Shown here: positions 48,993 through 62,703 of the stretch, in pieces
Layout of the letters: every line of letters starts with the position of its first letter
Numbering within the stretch: the first letter of the stretch is position 1
Origin: Octopus vulgaris
Taxonomy: Eukaryota
Direction: 5' to 3'
Length of the DNA stretch: 64,000 bases
Assembly (NCBI GenBank): GCA_951406725.2
Contig: OX597831.1
Span: 61,628,001-61,692,000 of the forward strand
Translations under genes and position numbers: made by a program
Notes under the pieces: generated by a model
Told to the model about the DNA's origin: nothing
The model's input: the letters and a program-made list of their open reading frames with translations, nothing else
Databases searched by the model: none

Positions 48993-49450
48993 AGGAAAGA
49001 TTTTGGTGTTGGATATCCTAAAATGCACTTCTCAAACTCTACTTCTGAGCTGTTATAAATCTATTTCTTTTGAAGTCACCCAAATTATTGCTCTACACTA
49101 CAATCTTACATGGCTATTAGAAAAATGGAGCAGAAAATGAAATGTAATAAATGTCTCACAAGGATATTTATCCCTCTACTATTCAGACTGATCCATCAAA
49201 TGTGATGCCTACTAGTTCCCATTGTTTTGAATTAATCAAGTCTATGGTACTGCAAATGGTTAAAAAAGACTCTTTGTTCAAAGTTCTTGTCCCCTAGCAT
49301 TACTGGCATCACTGTTCCACCTTCCACCCAACTGTCCATCGGCTGCTTTTCCCCATTGGTCAATCAGCACTAACATCTCCTTTTTTTCTTCCTTCTTTGC
49401 TACTTCTCTTCTTATCTTCCCTTTTATCTCACTTTATTATTATTATTATT

Positions 49451-49653
49451 AGCACCAACCGATTGTGGCCGTTGCCAGCCTAGCGCCTGGCACATAAAAA
49501 GCACCCACTACACTCATGGAGTGGTTGGTGTTAGGAAGGGCATCCAGCTGTAGAAACACTGCCAGATCAGACTGGGCCTGGTGCAGCCCCCTGGCTTCCC
49601 AGACCCCAGTCGAACCGTCCAACCCATGCTCGCATGGAAAACGGACGTTAAAC

Positions 49654-49696
<43 letters not shown>
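49451..49696 (+). mobile_element. RTE-type 3' UTR fragment with (GAT)n tail
   Basis: Same family as 36318-36712. Confidence 0.85.
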
Positions 49697-49698
<2 letters not shown>

Positions 49699-49703
49699 TT
49701 CAC

Positions 49704-49841
49704 TTTGAAATTTTGATGATGTCAGTGTTTATTTATAGAATGACATAATAGGGTAGATAGGGAGAGGTTAGATCTGGTCAGTTTGAACACAAAACATGTA
49801 AAATCATTTGGCTGGATATGACTGGTTTAAATGCTAAAGGG
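49704..49841. mobile_element. Partial piggyBac-type MITE (family of 22335)
   Basis: Ends GGTTTAAATGCTAAAGGG|TTAA. Confidence 0.7.
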
Positions 49842-50845
49842 TTAAGGAAAACTGTTTGACATGTTCTTAACTTTACCTTCAAAATATCAGAATTATAGTG
49901 ATAACAGTTTCTTAAACAAATATTCATTATTCACAGCAATTTATGTTTCAACATTGAGTAAAACCCAATGAAGAAGAAATCATATTACATGTTGACATAG
50001 GAATGACTGAGTGATTCCTTAACTTAAATTTGCTTGTGAATCATGAGGTCTTATATTGAATTCCTCTGTGTTACGTTTGGGGCAAATATCATTATTAATG
50101 CCTTGGATCGACTCTTCACTTGTCAATAAATATGAGTAGACTTAAATTCTGCAAAAGCTCAAAGGATGAATTGTTCATGTAATTCAGAAGTCCAGCCTTG
50201 TCATGTATTGTATAACACTGGAAATTGCGATAAATGTAGATATGGCTATGAAGCATATTACAGTTTACAAGGTAATTTAATAAGTCATCAGTTCATTTAA
50301 TTAAGCACCTAAGTGCTCAATGGCAAAAGTAATAGAGTTTCAATTACTATTCTTTATCTTTGCTTTCACAAATTCCCATTACACTCTCACCATCCAATTC
50401 CATTATTACAAATTTGAATTGAAACTCGTGTCATAATGAATCTTTCATTAGCTGATTACACAACCATGGACACCAACCCTAAGTATGCACTGCGGTTCTT
50501 CTCTTGAGAGAGCTTAAGGCTTGACATTTTAGGGGGAGATGGAACTAGTTGATTAACGTGACATCAGGGTTTGACATCAGGGTTTGAAAAGCAAAGTCAC
50601 CTTCAACAGAATTTGAACTTAGAACAAGAAGCCAGAAGAAATTGTTAGCCAGCATGCTAATTTTGCCATCTCACCATTTTACTAATATAACATAATAATG
50701 CTAACATTATCGCATCTAAAAAAAAAAAAAACCAAAAACTACTCTCTTTGGATTCATTTGCACCTCACTTCTTGTAATTCTTTCTAATATTAGCACAAGA
50801 CCCACAATTTTGTAGGGTGAAGCAAGTTGATTATATTGACGCCCA

Positions 50846-51046
50846 GCGGCGAGCTGGCAGAAGCGTTAGCGCGCTGGGCGAAATGCTTAGCAGTATTTCA
50901 TCTGTCGTTACGTTCTGAGTTCAAATTCCGCCGAGGTCGACTTTGCCTTTCATCCTTTCGGGGTCGATAAATTAAGTACCAGTTACGCACTGGAGTTGAT
51001 GTAATCAACTTAATCCCTTTGTCTGTCCTTGTTTGTCCCCTTTATA
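50846..51046 (+). mobile_element. SINE family B monomer nested in an older antisense relative (about 50780-51210)
   Basis: 14-bp TSD TATATTGACGCCCA (50832-50845 / 51047-51060). Confidence 0.9.
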
Positions 51047-51589
51047 TATATTGACGCCCACTGCTCAACTGGATTTTATTTTATCAACCTTGTTAAAATA
51101 AATGGCAAAATTGACCATTGAAGAATTTAAACACAGAATATAACAATTTGAAAGAAATGTTGCTAAGCATTTTGTTTCATTGGCTAATGATTTTGATTCT
51201 GCCAGCTCATCACATTTCTTGTGGAGGCTCTGTGGCTAGGGAGCTGAACTCATGATTGTAAGATCATGGTTTTGTTTTCTGGACTTGTTGATGCATTGAG
51301 TTCTTTATGAGTTGTGTTCTTTATGAGATGTATATTACAAGGATGCTGGGTGAAAATTAACATTTATATTTGCTAGTTAACTTTGGCATTCCTTCATCAA
51401 CCTTTCACAAATCACAGTGCCATGTAAAAGGCACTGGTATTGGTACCACATAAAAAGCACTGGTGCCGATGCCTTATAAAAAACATTGGTGATGGTTATT
51501 CTTGTATCACCTTTATTCAATTACTCCCAGATCATATGTCTCTCCACTTCATTGTGCTCTTTATGAGATGCATTGTGTTCTTTATGAGT

Positions 51590-52050
51590 GTTTTTATGTA
51601 GCACCAGCATCAGAGAGTTTTATGGGAAACCAACACCAGTACATTTTATGCAGAACCAGCACCAGTGCATTTTTAGTGACACCAGCATCAGTGCTTTTTA
51701 TGTGGCACCTGTCCCAATGCTTTTTATGTGGAACCTTCATCAGTGCTTTTTATGTGGCACCTGTCCCAATGCTTTTTATATGGAACCTCCACCAGTACTT
51801 TTTATGTGACATCTGTCCCAATGCTTTTTATGTGGAACCTGTCCCAGTGCTTTTTATGCGGCACCTGTCCCAATGCTTTTTATGTGGAACCTGCACTAGT
51901 ATTTTTTATGTTGATCTAGCACCAGTGCTTTTTATATGGCACCAGCACTTTTTATGCGACACTAACAACAGTGTTCTTCATGTGGAACCATCCCCAGCGT
52001 TTTTTACAAGTGCTTTGTATGTGGCAGCAGTACCAGTGCCTTTTATGTGA
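51590..52050 (+). repeat. Minisatellite of about 23-29-bp units (GTGCTTTTTATGTGGCACC...)
   Basis: Repeated GCTTTTTATGTGG(A/C)ACC is the reverse complement of the internal repeat of the RTE-tailed family. It explains ORF 51502-52050. Confidence 0.85.
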
Positions 52051-52664
52051 CACTATGATTTGTGAAAGGTTGATGAAGGAATGCCAAAGTTAACTAGCAA
52101 ATATGAATGTTAATTTTCACCCAACATCCTTGTAATATACAATAATACTACATCTACCTAAGACAGTTGCAGAGTGAAACTACTCCAAAAGTTGTATACA
52201 AACTACATTACAATACAGAAACATTGAAATATAAAGGGATGAAAAGATCCATAAAAGACAAAAAAAAACCAAAAAAAAAAAAACCTTCTGAGACAGAAAC
52301 CATAGGTTGATGGATTCATCCTCCCATTTATTTTCGTTTTCTTTCATTATCCTTATTACAGTTGGCAGTAAATTGCCTTTGATATTTTTTTTTTGTTTAT
52401 ATTATATATTTTCCATGATTTCAGCTATACATAATGTTATTTCTTGTGATAGTTTAAATTTTCTTTGGTGCCAGCTTGGTGCCAAATAAATATAATCACA
52501 GATCAATATGCATTCTTCTTCATCTTTTTATCTGGTTTTTTTTTTTTTTTGTTTTCTTGCTTATTAGATGTTTCTGTGATTTCTGTGTCAGTAACTATAA
52601 CACTGGCATTCAATATTTGAACAAAACCTAACCTCAAAACGATCTTGAATGATAAGAAATTATG

Positions 52665-52847
52665 CATGTATATATACACACATGCACACACATACATACA
52701 TACATACATACATTCATTCATTCATTCATTCATACATACATACTTACATTCAAACATACATACATACATACATACTTACATTCAAGCATACATACATATA
52801 TGCACACATACATACATATATGCATACATATACATGCATGCATACAT

Positions 52848-52878
<31 letters not shown>

Positions 52879-52891
52879 CAAACACACACAC

Positions 52892-52940
<49 letters not shown>

Positions 52941-53159
52941 CAAACACATACACACATATATATATATGATTATATACATAATATAATATATATATATAAT
53001 AAATATATATATATATATATATATACATATATACATACATATACACACATGCACACATAACACACACACACATACATACATATATATATATATATATGCA
53101 TTTATACACACACATATATATACTCATATATATGTATGCATGTATACACACACACACAC

Positions 53160-53200
<41 letters not shown>

Positions 53201-53205
53201 TACAT
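52665..53205 (+). repeat. (CATA)n/(CA)n/(TA)n compound microsatellite
   Basis: Direct reading of the sequence. Confidence 0.95.
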
Positions 53206-53397
53206 TTCCTCACTATTTTTATGAAGAACAAGATAACAATTGCTGTCTTCTCGTTTTGGGTTGTTTTTTTTTTTCATACACCATCATACTTCCCATCATT
53301 TCTATATTCCTGCTTTTTTCCTGCATCTTTCATAGTTGCGTAGTTGTCATAATCACCACTGTTCATTATTCTGGCTCACCCTTTTATCGATACTTAC

Positions 53398-53510
53398 ATC
53401 ATTGAAGTTATTTTGCATTGCTTTACATCATTTTTAGCTTTAGATAGCGATATTTTGCAAATTTGACAAATTAGTTTCTTTTCATCTCTTGGTGAGGAGG
53501 AGGGTGAGAG
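53398..53510 (-). other. Candidate exon of a minus-strand host gene
   Basis: Acceptor ...TTAACATTGCAG and donor AT|GTAAGTA. One frame is open (LSPSSSPRDEKKLICQICK...). Unique sequence. Confidence 0.25.
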
Positions 53511-54180
53511 CTGCAATGTTAATTATTATTTATCTCTATCTAAAGATAATTTTGTAATTTGCTTTTATATCGTATGAAATTTATTTTATCTCTTTGTTAA
53601 ATTTTATTTGAGTCAGCAGATTTTTTTTTAGTCTTCAGTTAAATTCTAAAATCATTTTTTTATTATTATTTTGTTTTAATTATTGAAATTCATTAAATCA
53701 CAGCTTATATCAAATGCTTTAAATACAGACTATCAAAGAGGGTGTTTGATCATTGATTCAAATGAAATTCAGATACGTTTGGTCTATTTTTACCAAAGCA
53801 AACTACTTTGATTAATTTCTGAGTATATTCACATGCAATGAAGAAGTTTTATATTTGTATTTACCCCCCACCTTCATGTAATTAATCATCATTAATTAAA
53901 TGACATTCAGTTGTGTTTTTTTAAAAATTCTACATTTAAATTCTAATTCTGTTAAACATATTTATCCTCTGTTTTCCATTATTTTCTTCTTAATTGTTAA
54001 ATTATTCATTAGTTAAAACCAATATATTTGATTATAATCATACAGGAATACATACTTCATTTCACCAAAATAACAAAATTAATGAGTTTTCAAATAAATC
54101 TATGGAGGTTTGTGTTACTCAGAGTAAAGAAAGATTATGAAGCTGTGGTGTTCATGCTGTCTTTATCTGGAATTTATTTC

Positions 54181-54603
54181 AGATCTTTTCAGTTTGAATA
54201 GCAGTTTTTAGTATAATTTCTAGGTAACTAAAACATTTTAAATTTTGTATACTGGTAGAATGTGTTTATAAACCATCTTTTTCTCTTGGCTTTATTGAGA
54301 AAATTCTATGGTTTGTAAAACATTTGTTGTTGTTTTTTCTTCAATTTCTGCAATTTCAACCAATCAGTGATGTCTATTGAGGTAAAAAAACATTCTGTAT
54401 CGTATGAATATGTCCCTCATTTAAGAAACAGATTGGGTTTATTTACATTTGTGAAGAAAAAAATATACCCTTCCCCCCATCCCTAACTAACCCTAACCCT
54501 AAAATAGTTTGAAATGCAATAGTTCGATATTAGTGTCATAATTATGGGTGACAATTTCATATGACACCGCTAGAAAAAACTGCCGTTCAAACCGAAAAGA
54601 TCC
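54181..54603. mobile_element. Merlin-like MITE (family of 22623)
   Basis: 8-bp TSD TTTATTTC (54173-54180 / 54604-54611). A solo end of the same element lies at 54835-54912. Confidence 0.88.
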
Positions 54604-55273
54604 TTTATTTCTTCTTTATTATAATTTAACCCAGTATTAATATGAGCTTCATCACCAATATCATGATCATCCTTCCCACTTTCATAATCATTATCAGTGT
54701 CACCATTACCACCAGTAGTAGCAATACTGTAGTTACAATCATACTCTTCTCCAGCCACTTTGATACAGCTGTAGTTAAACTTAGAATCGAACCTCACATT
54801 TCCAGTTTCCAAGCTGGCACCAAACATAGATCATGGATCTTTTCGGTTTGAACGGCAGTTTTTTCTAGCGGTGTCATACGAAATTGTCACCCATAATTTT
54901 GACCCTAGTATTGGCATGTAATTGGCATCATTGTCATTATTGTTATCATTTTTATCATTGTCCACAATAATGATGAGGACAAACAGCTGTGGTTGTGATG
55001 ATATGCTGCTGTTCCCTTTGTGAAACTTCTGCTTAAAATTATATATTAAAATTGCTGTATCTTATATTCCTCAGATTTCTTAAGCTGATGCAATTAGGAA
55101 CTTCACATTTGGTTATTTCATTACAAATCCCCCAAAGCTGTTACTGTTTCATGCTGTTTATATTAAGTATCATGTCAACCCTGACCACTTTCCCCTCATA
55201 CCTTACCATCTTAAGGCGAATAATGACACTCTGAAGACAATGTGGCTGTAAAGAAATATAGCTTGACCACGCT

Positions 55274-55394
55274 ATCATCATCATCATCATCATCATCATC
55301 ACCACCATCACCACCACCACCACCACCATCATCACCACCATCATCACCATCATCAACACCACCACCATCACCACCACCACACACCACCACCACC

Positions 55395-55455
<61 letters not shown>

Positions 55456-55583
55456 CCATCACCATCACCATCATCACCATCATCACCATCACCATCATCA
55501 CCACCATCATCACCACCGTCATCACCAAAACCACCACCACCACCACCACCACCACCACCACCACCACCACCACCACCACCACC

Positions 55584-55617
<34 letters not shown>

Positions 55618-55637
55618 TCATCATTATCATCATCATC
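55274..55637 (+). repeat. (CAT)n/(CAC)n compound trinucleotide repeat
   Basis: Direct reading; adjoins an RTE-type tail remnant at 55638-55672 on the minus strand. Confidence 0.95.
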
Positions 55638-55689
55638 TAATGTCCCCTTTTCTATGCTGGCATGAGTTGGACATTACATACTATATGAA

Positions 55690-56950
55690 TTCAAAACAGA
55701 CTCTTCAACAATGGAAGTATCAAAGAAATGGGTTTTGTCTATGGAAATGAATCTTTAAGAGTCCAGACATGCTCACAATGAGTTGATCAGTTTTGCTTGG
55801 GAAAGTTTTCTCCCACAGATAGTCATTGATCTCATAATCGAAGTTCTGTCAATATTGCATTTTTTAAAAACTGTAATTGAAGAAAGTCCAAACCAAACAT
55901 AAGAATTAGCAAAACAGTTCAATTCTAGTCACACTTGAACCATAAAACATCTTCACGAACTACAAAAAGTATCTAAATTTGATCAGTGAGTCCTTCACCA
56001 TCTATCTACTTCTCAGCTTAACCAAGGCATTATCCTCTTATCATCATTAAAGACTAAACTTGCTGGCAAACTTTCCCTGGGCATCACAAATGATGTGAAG
56101 TGGGTTGTCTGCAATTATATCAAATGGAAACAATAATGCTTAGCCACCACTGATGAAGAAGATACAAGGTGCTAAGCTGGTAGAATCATTAGCAAGCTGG
56201 ACAAAATGCTTAGCTCCATTTTGTCCATCTTTGTGTTCTGAGTACAAACTCTGCAGAGGTCAACTTTGCTCTTCATCCTTTCAAGGTCAATAAAATAAGT
56301 AACAGTTGAGTACCTGGGCTGACCTAATTGACTTATTCTTTCCCTGAAATTGCTGGCCTTGTACCAAAACTTGAAAGCAATGATGAAGAAGATTTCATCA
56401 CCAAACCAGGACACATCTAACAAAACTTTTGCTCTGATTTTCATGGACATGAAGGGCTCGTCTTCTCAAAAGAGTTAACCAAAACGTTAAACCAAAATTA
56501 ATGTATTAAGTATAGTTGTCAGTTAGAAACTGAGCAAACATTTACTACAAAAGTACTCATCAATGGTGAATCATAAAGGGATAATGCCAGACCACATATT
56601 ACCCAAGAAGCTCAGGAAAAGATTCTGGCATTAAACATGAAAGATTTGTCTCATCCTTCTCACTCACCGGAACTTGTTCTGTCAATCGTCTTTTCAGATA
56701 TTTGCAACCTTATTTAGAAAGGAAACAGTTTATTAACTGTGAAGAGGTTAAATATGATATTGAAATTTTTCTTTGTTTCAAAAGCTGAAGAATTTTATGC
56801 TTGAGGAATCAACAATTTGCCACTTTAGATGCCATTATGTTATCAATCACGAGGGGAAATATTATCTTTATAAAATATTTCAATTAAGTCCAAAGAAAGA
56901 TTTTTTTTTTTTTTCCCAGCTGAACTCTGACAGGACTTTCATCTATTTAT
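55690..56950 (+). mobile_element. Old decayed mariner transposase region
   Basis: VYGNESLRVQTC, ELAKQFN, *VLHHL (WVPHEL motif), ITNDVKWV (cf. TGDEKW), DNARPHI, LSHPSHSPELVLS (cf. HPPYSPDLAPS), EFYA*GI. Confidence 0.8.
56164..56380 (+). mobile_element. Older family-B-related SINE inside the mariner
   Basis: 13-bp TSD TGATGAAGAAGAT (56151-56163 / 56381-56393). Confidence 0.8.
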
Positions 56951-57272
56951 ATATATCTAGATCATATATCTATTCAGTCAAATCTGACTTAGGGCTAAAC
57001 AGAATATAAAGCAATAAATATCATGTTGCTGGTGATGAGGATTATGATGATGATGGTGATGATGTTCATGATCATAATTTAATTTGATTATGTGCAAAAC
57101 AAAATTTATTGGAGAGATAGTAAAATGAATGAAAAATTGAACAAATGTAAGACCATAATTTACTTATAATATTATACCTGTTTTCTTAATTAAAGGTATT
57201 AAGAAACATACAAGATTTGAAGTAATCTGGTTTGTGTGTAAAACAACATATTAAAAGGTTTCAAAAATTTAA

Positions 57273-57563
57273 CCCTTTAACATTTAAGCTGGCTATAACC
57301 AGCCCAAATATTTTACCTGTTTTTATGCTCTAACTGACAAGATCTGGCTTCTCATACCTACACCACAATGTTATTCTAAAAATATTAGTGACATATTAGG
57401 CGCAGGAGTGGCTGTGTGGTAAGTAGCTTGTTTACCAACCACATGGTTCCAGGTTCAGTCCCACTGCGTGGCACCTTGGGCAAGTGTCTTCTGCTATAGC
57501 CCCAGGCTGACCAAAGCCTTGTGAGTGGATTTAGTATACGGAAACTGAAAGAAGCCCGTCGTA

Positions 57564-57638
<75 letters not shown>

Positions 57639-57953
57639 TTGTGTGTCTGTGTTTGTCCCCCTAGCATTGCTTGACAACCGATGCTGGTGTGTTTATGCCC
57701 CCGTTACTTAGCAGTTCGGTAAAAGAGACCGATAGAATAAGTACTGGGCTTACGAGAAGAATAGGTCGTGGGGTCGAGTTGCTCGATTAAAAGGCGGTGC
57801 TCCAGCATGGCCACAGTCAGATGACTGAAACAAGTAAAGGAGTAAAGAGTAAAGAGAGAGACATCATCAAAATCTCAAAGCTATGAAACGATGCATGATT
57901 AATTTAAAACAATTTGAGTAAAAAAAAACATTGCACCTGACAGAGCTAAAGGG
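57273..57953. mobile_element. piggyBac-type MITE (family of 22335) split by a SINE
   Basis: TTAA|CCCTTTAACATTTAA at the left end. The remainder at 57861-57953 is colinear with the reverse complement of 22335-22555. Confidence 0.75.
57399..57860 (+). mobile_element. SINE family A, full length
   Basis: Full head, core and tail match. Confidence 0.92.
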
Positions 57954-58174
57954 AGAGCTTATTAGTGATAAATTATAAGTGAATAAATATTTTGAAATTT
58001 CTTGCTAATGGTACAATTTAAACATACATAAGAGTCAATTATCGGTAACTGTTGATTGTTAATAACTACTAGCAGTAGGCAGAATTTAATTACTATCAAA
58101 TATATGTTTTAAAATTTATCAGTGTTGGCGTAATTATCCAACATCAATTCTTAAAAAAAGTCTGCTACAGCTGC

Positions 58175-58440
58175 TTCTTTTCTTCTTCTTCTTCTTCTTC
58201 TTCTTCTTCTTCTTCTTCTCCTTCTTCTTATCCTTCTTCTTCTCCTCCTCTACCTCCTCCTCCTTCTTCTGCTTCTTCATTTTCTCCTTCTCTTCACATC
58301 ACCCTCTTTTTTCTCCTCTCTTCCTCTCTTACTCTTCCCTCTCTTCATCATCATCATCATCATCACCACTACCACCACCACCACTACCACCACCACCACC
58401 ACCACCACCACCACCACCACCATCAGCATCATCATCATTC
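58175..58440 (+). repeat. (CTT)n/(CCT)n/(CAT)n/(CAC)n low-complexity tract
   Basis: Direct reading of the sequence. Confidence 0.93.
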
Positions 58441-58745
58441 TTCTCATTCTCCATCTGCACCTTCCTTTGTTCTACCCTCCTTTTTCTTTTCCTCCTCCTC
58501 CTTCTTCAAGTAGCTACATCAGGAATCCTTGTCCCCCACTAAGCTTCAGAAGCCCTTCACACTGTTTCATATTATGTGCTTTTGTCAATAACAATATCAG
58601 TCATAGTGCTCTTTCAAAGTATGAAAATCTGAATGGCCTGTTGCTCAGCATGCTAGCAGTAGCCAGCAAAGTCTACTCCATATTATACAACAATAGTAGA
58701 CAGGGTCAAATGTGTTCATAAATTTATTTGTTCTTGTGTACATAC

Positions 58746-58919
58746 CATGAGATGATTTCGGTTCTTTTAATAAACCTTGAGCATGTATCATTAAGGCAAT
58801 GGCAATTTTGACGCTCTTTCTTCATAGCCATTTAATCCATAGAATAAGATGCAAATAGTGCACAATCAAGGCTTGTCCCTGGTGTATCAAGAAGTCTTTC
58901 TTAGTGTCATCGAGAATGT
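58746..58919 (-). other. Candidate (5' UTR-like) exon of a minus-strand host gene
   Basis: Acceptor TTGTTTGTGCATTATAG and donor TG|GTATGTA, in CpG-retaining unique sequence. Confidence 0.25.
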
Positions 58920-59496
58920 CTATAATGCACAAACAATTCTAAAACATCAGAACAATAAAGTACGTGTCAAAGGAAATAATCATTTCAACTAACTTATCAT
59001 AGGACATTAAACAAAAGCTACACTTAACAGGTGCGTAAGACGAGGCAAAATAACAGTAATATACTAATGACAAGAAATTAGTAAACATCAAAGAATGAAC
59101 GGGGAGTGGAATAATTAGGAATTAGTGATACAAAGAAAGTAAACTGAAAAGAGAAGAGAAAAACGATATCTTCATATTATTTATAGAAAAAATTGTGTAC
59201 ATACATATAATTACAATCCACATTTCAGAGGTGTGTATCGTCTCATAGAGTTTACTGTAAATACCTAAAGGTTAAATTGAAAGTGATGTTATTGCAACTT
59301 TTTTTTATCTATTCAACATTTAAGATTAGCAATTTCAGAATGTTTACTTAAGAAGTAACATTGTATGACAGTTGCACATGTTTGGTAATATTGATTATAC
59401 ACTTACACACATTGTGTGAGTGTGTGTGTGTGCACACATACACATACACACGTATGTATATATAGATATATATATAACGTTTTACATATATATATA

Positions 59497-60137
59497 GGCG
59501 CAGGAGTGGCTGTGTGGTAAGAAGCCAGCTTCCCAAACACATGGTTCTTGGTTCAGTCCCACTGTGTGGCACCTTGGGCAAGTGTCTCCTATTATAGCCT
59601 CAGGCTGACCAAAGTGAGTGTATTTGATATACAGAAACTGAAAGCCTGTTGTATCTATGTATGTATATATGTATATATGTATATATATAAATATATATAT
59701 ATATATACATACATATATATATATATCTCTTTTACTCTTTTACTCTTTTACTTGTTTCAGTCATTTGACTGCGGCCATGCTGGAGCACCACCTTTAGTCG
59801 AGCAAATCGACCCCAGGACTTATTCTTTGTAAGCCCAGTACTTATTCTATCAGTCTGTTTTGTCGAACCACTAAGTTACAGGGACGTAAACACACCAGCA
59901 TCGGTTGTCAAGCAATGCTAGGGGGACAAACACAGACACACAAACATATACACACATATATATATATACATATATACGACAGGCTTCTTTCAGTTTCCGT
60001 CGACCAAATCCACTCACAAGGCATTGGTCAGCCAGAGGCTATAGCAGAAGACACTTGCCCAAGATGCCACGCAGTGGGACTGAACCCGGAACCATGTGGT
60101 TGGTAAGCAAGCTACTTACCACACAACCACTCCTGCA

Positions 60138-60197
<60 letters not shown>

Positions 60198-60285
60198 AGT
60201 ATTTATGTATTTGTACGTCTATATTTGTACCCCACCGTCACTTGACAACCAATGTTGGTGTGTTATGTCTCCATAACTTAGATTT
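59497..60285 (+). mobile_element. SINE family A split by an antisense family A copy
   Basis: Head half at 59497-59655, remainder at 60200-60285. Confidence 0.8.
59725..60139 (-). mobile_element. SINE family A nested in the (TA)n of another copy
   Basis: Full match, flanked by (TA)n. Confidence 0.92.
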
Positions 60286-61364
60286 ACCATTCTTTGCACA
60301 ACTGCTCAGCATTTTCAGACTTCAAATTCTGCTTTAGTATTCACTTTTTTCGCTCGGAATTTAACATATTTAACATACACACACTTCCTCATTCTGTCTT
60401 TTTCTTTTTATCAATAGCAAACACCCTCTGCTACTCAGAGATGATGAAATCTAACATACAAATGTACCATTCTTTTTATCATGCATACTGTCCTCTTTCT
60501 CTACACAATAGATTAATCACTAATCCCAATCCTTCCTCCTCAGTACTCAAACTTCTGGTATTCTTTGCTAACTCATGTTTTTCCAACAGATAACAACTTA
60601 TGACTGTTTACATTGTATATCAACCAACTCAATCTAACTCAGTCTCAGAGAACTAGCAAAGGTCTTTGGTACTTCCATAAAAAAGAAAGGAAAATAAAAA
60701 AAAAGGAAGAAAAGAAATGTTGATGAAAAGTGAGCAGTGGATAGCAGAAAGTGAAAGGGATGGACATAAGGGTTGGAGATCAAATGGGGGATCAGATATT
60801 CCATGGTAAATTATAAGGAATGGTGAAAATTTAATGCCAAAAGTAATGTATTCAAGAAAGAATTTTTCACTGGAATAAATAATGCATGATTGTTGAAGAA
60901 AGTGCTGCGAGCTGGTTTGGGGTAGAGAGAATTGGCAACAATGGTAAAATCAGAAATTCTTAGGAAGAAGTTTTTAAATCAGATTTTGTTTTTTGTTTTA
61001 TTTTATTCTATTTTATTTATTTTCTGACAAAACGACATAGGATTGTGAAAAGCAAGGAGTGATGTTAAGATGCTGACTTCTAAAATCTTATGCCAGTACA
61101 TGAAAAGATTTTTGCACAAGAGGATGATGAGAGCTTGGGACGTATGAACTTGCCAAAAAATTACAGAATTGAACCTGACATAAACGTAACTTCTCTTTTC
61201 TGTGAAGAACATTCTCTAAGTATTGTTGCTAATGAGAGAATATGTACAACAATATAGGTAAATATTGATTAAGTCACCCAATAAAATATATTCAATCCAT
61301 GATAGTGACTGCAGGCTATGTTTTATAAGCTTGTCTAGTTATATAGTTTTGTGGCCATCATTTG

Positions 61365-61380
61365 AGAAAGAAAGAAAGGA

Positions 61381-61447
<67 letters not shown>

Positions 61448-61497
61448 GAAGAAAAAAGAAAGGAAGAAAGAAAGGAAGAAAGAAAGAAAGGAAGAAA
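61365..61497 (+). repeat. (GAAA)n microsatellite
   Basis: Direct reading of the sequence. Confidence 0.95.
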
Positions 61498-61803
61498 AGT
61501 AATGTCAACCAAAGAATAAGAAGTCTGAGTCAGCTGATACAATTCCTCTCATGGAATTTAAGTGGCAACCATAAATATTATTTGTCAACATTTTTTATTT
61601 GACGAGCAATTAAATGTATTGTATTTTATTAAGATTTATGACTTCAAATAATTTTGCCTAGAAAGGAATCAGATTTTAAATTAGATCAGTAGTGCTATTA
61701 AAAAGATTTCTCAGCACAAATATTGTACATTGTATGTCTTTGTAGAGAATTAAACTTCTTTTGCCATTAGCGTTTTATAAAGTTATTATTATTATTGTTA
61801 TTT

Positions 61804-61855
<52 letters not shown>

Positions 61856-62483
61856 CTTATTGTTTCTTATGAATTCATTTATGAATAAAATAGAGTGTAT
61901 CTATTTAAAAATCAATAGTGACTGAACAACACAGAGAAAGAAGTTCTCAAGAATTACTTGAAAACCTCTTTGATAATTACTGATGTGCAACAAAAGTGTT
62001 CACCAATAGTAACAATATCTAAATGAGTTTTATAGGAAAATGAAATTTTTATTGGCATTTTAAAGCAGACAAACCCAGTTATTTGTATCTAAATGACACC
62101 TGTGGTGAACGGCTATTCATTGAACTAAGCAGTCTAGTTTCAATTCTTAATAAAATTTGATTCACTTCAAAGTGATGTTGTTACTTAGCCCCTTGTCATC
62201 TCCACTAAAACTTGTCGTCAAATACAGTCAAACCACGACCAAGCTATATATTGGTCAATATAGTATCATTAGATACTAAATACCCTTCCATACACCCTAA
62301 CATAACCTTCCATTTAAAAAATGCTAAAGCTATGATTTCAAAGAGATTTAGCAGTTATTTGAATAATATGGACAGTTTTATAATTAATAAATTTAATAAT
62401 TAATCACCTAGTTTCAGTTCTGATTAGAATCTCATTCATTTTATGCTTTTGTTGCTGTTTAGTTCTATTCCAAGCTTGATTAA

Positions 62484-62703
62484 CCCTTTCGTTACTAAGC
62501 CGGCTGAAACTGGCTCTGGTTCTGAGTACAAATGTCTTGTTTTCATAAGTTCTGAATTAAAATCTTCCACCAAACCTTAGTCACAATTCATGTTCCTAAC
62601 ACTAGCTTCATGATAACTAAGTTATTTTACTAAATTCTTTGTTATATTTAAAGTAATTGAAAGAAACACAGAGCATCTCAAAATAAATATGGTAATGAAA
62701 GGG
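62484..62703. mobile_element. piggyBac-type MITE (second family)
   Basis: TTAA|CCCTTTCGTTAC...GTAATGAAAGGG|TTAA. Confidence 0.88.

Noticed and set aside
51502-52050. 182-aa repetitive ORF
   Set aside because: Overlies a minisatellite derived from an RTE-tailed repeat and a rearrangement junction; TTG start.
55211-55640. Poly-M/V/T/I ORFs
   Set aside because: Trinucleotide repeat tract expanded from a retroelement tail.
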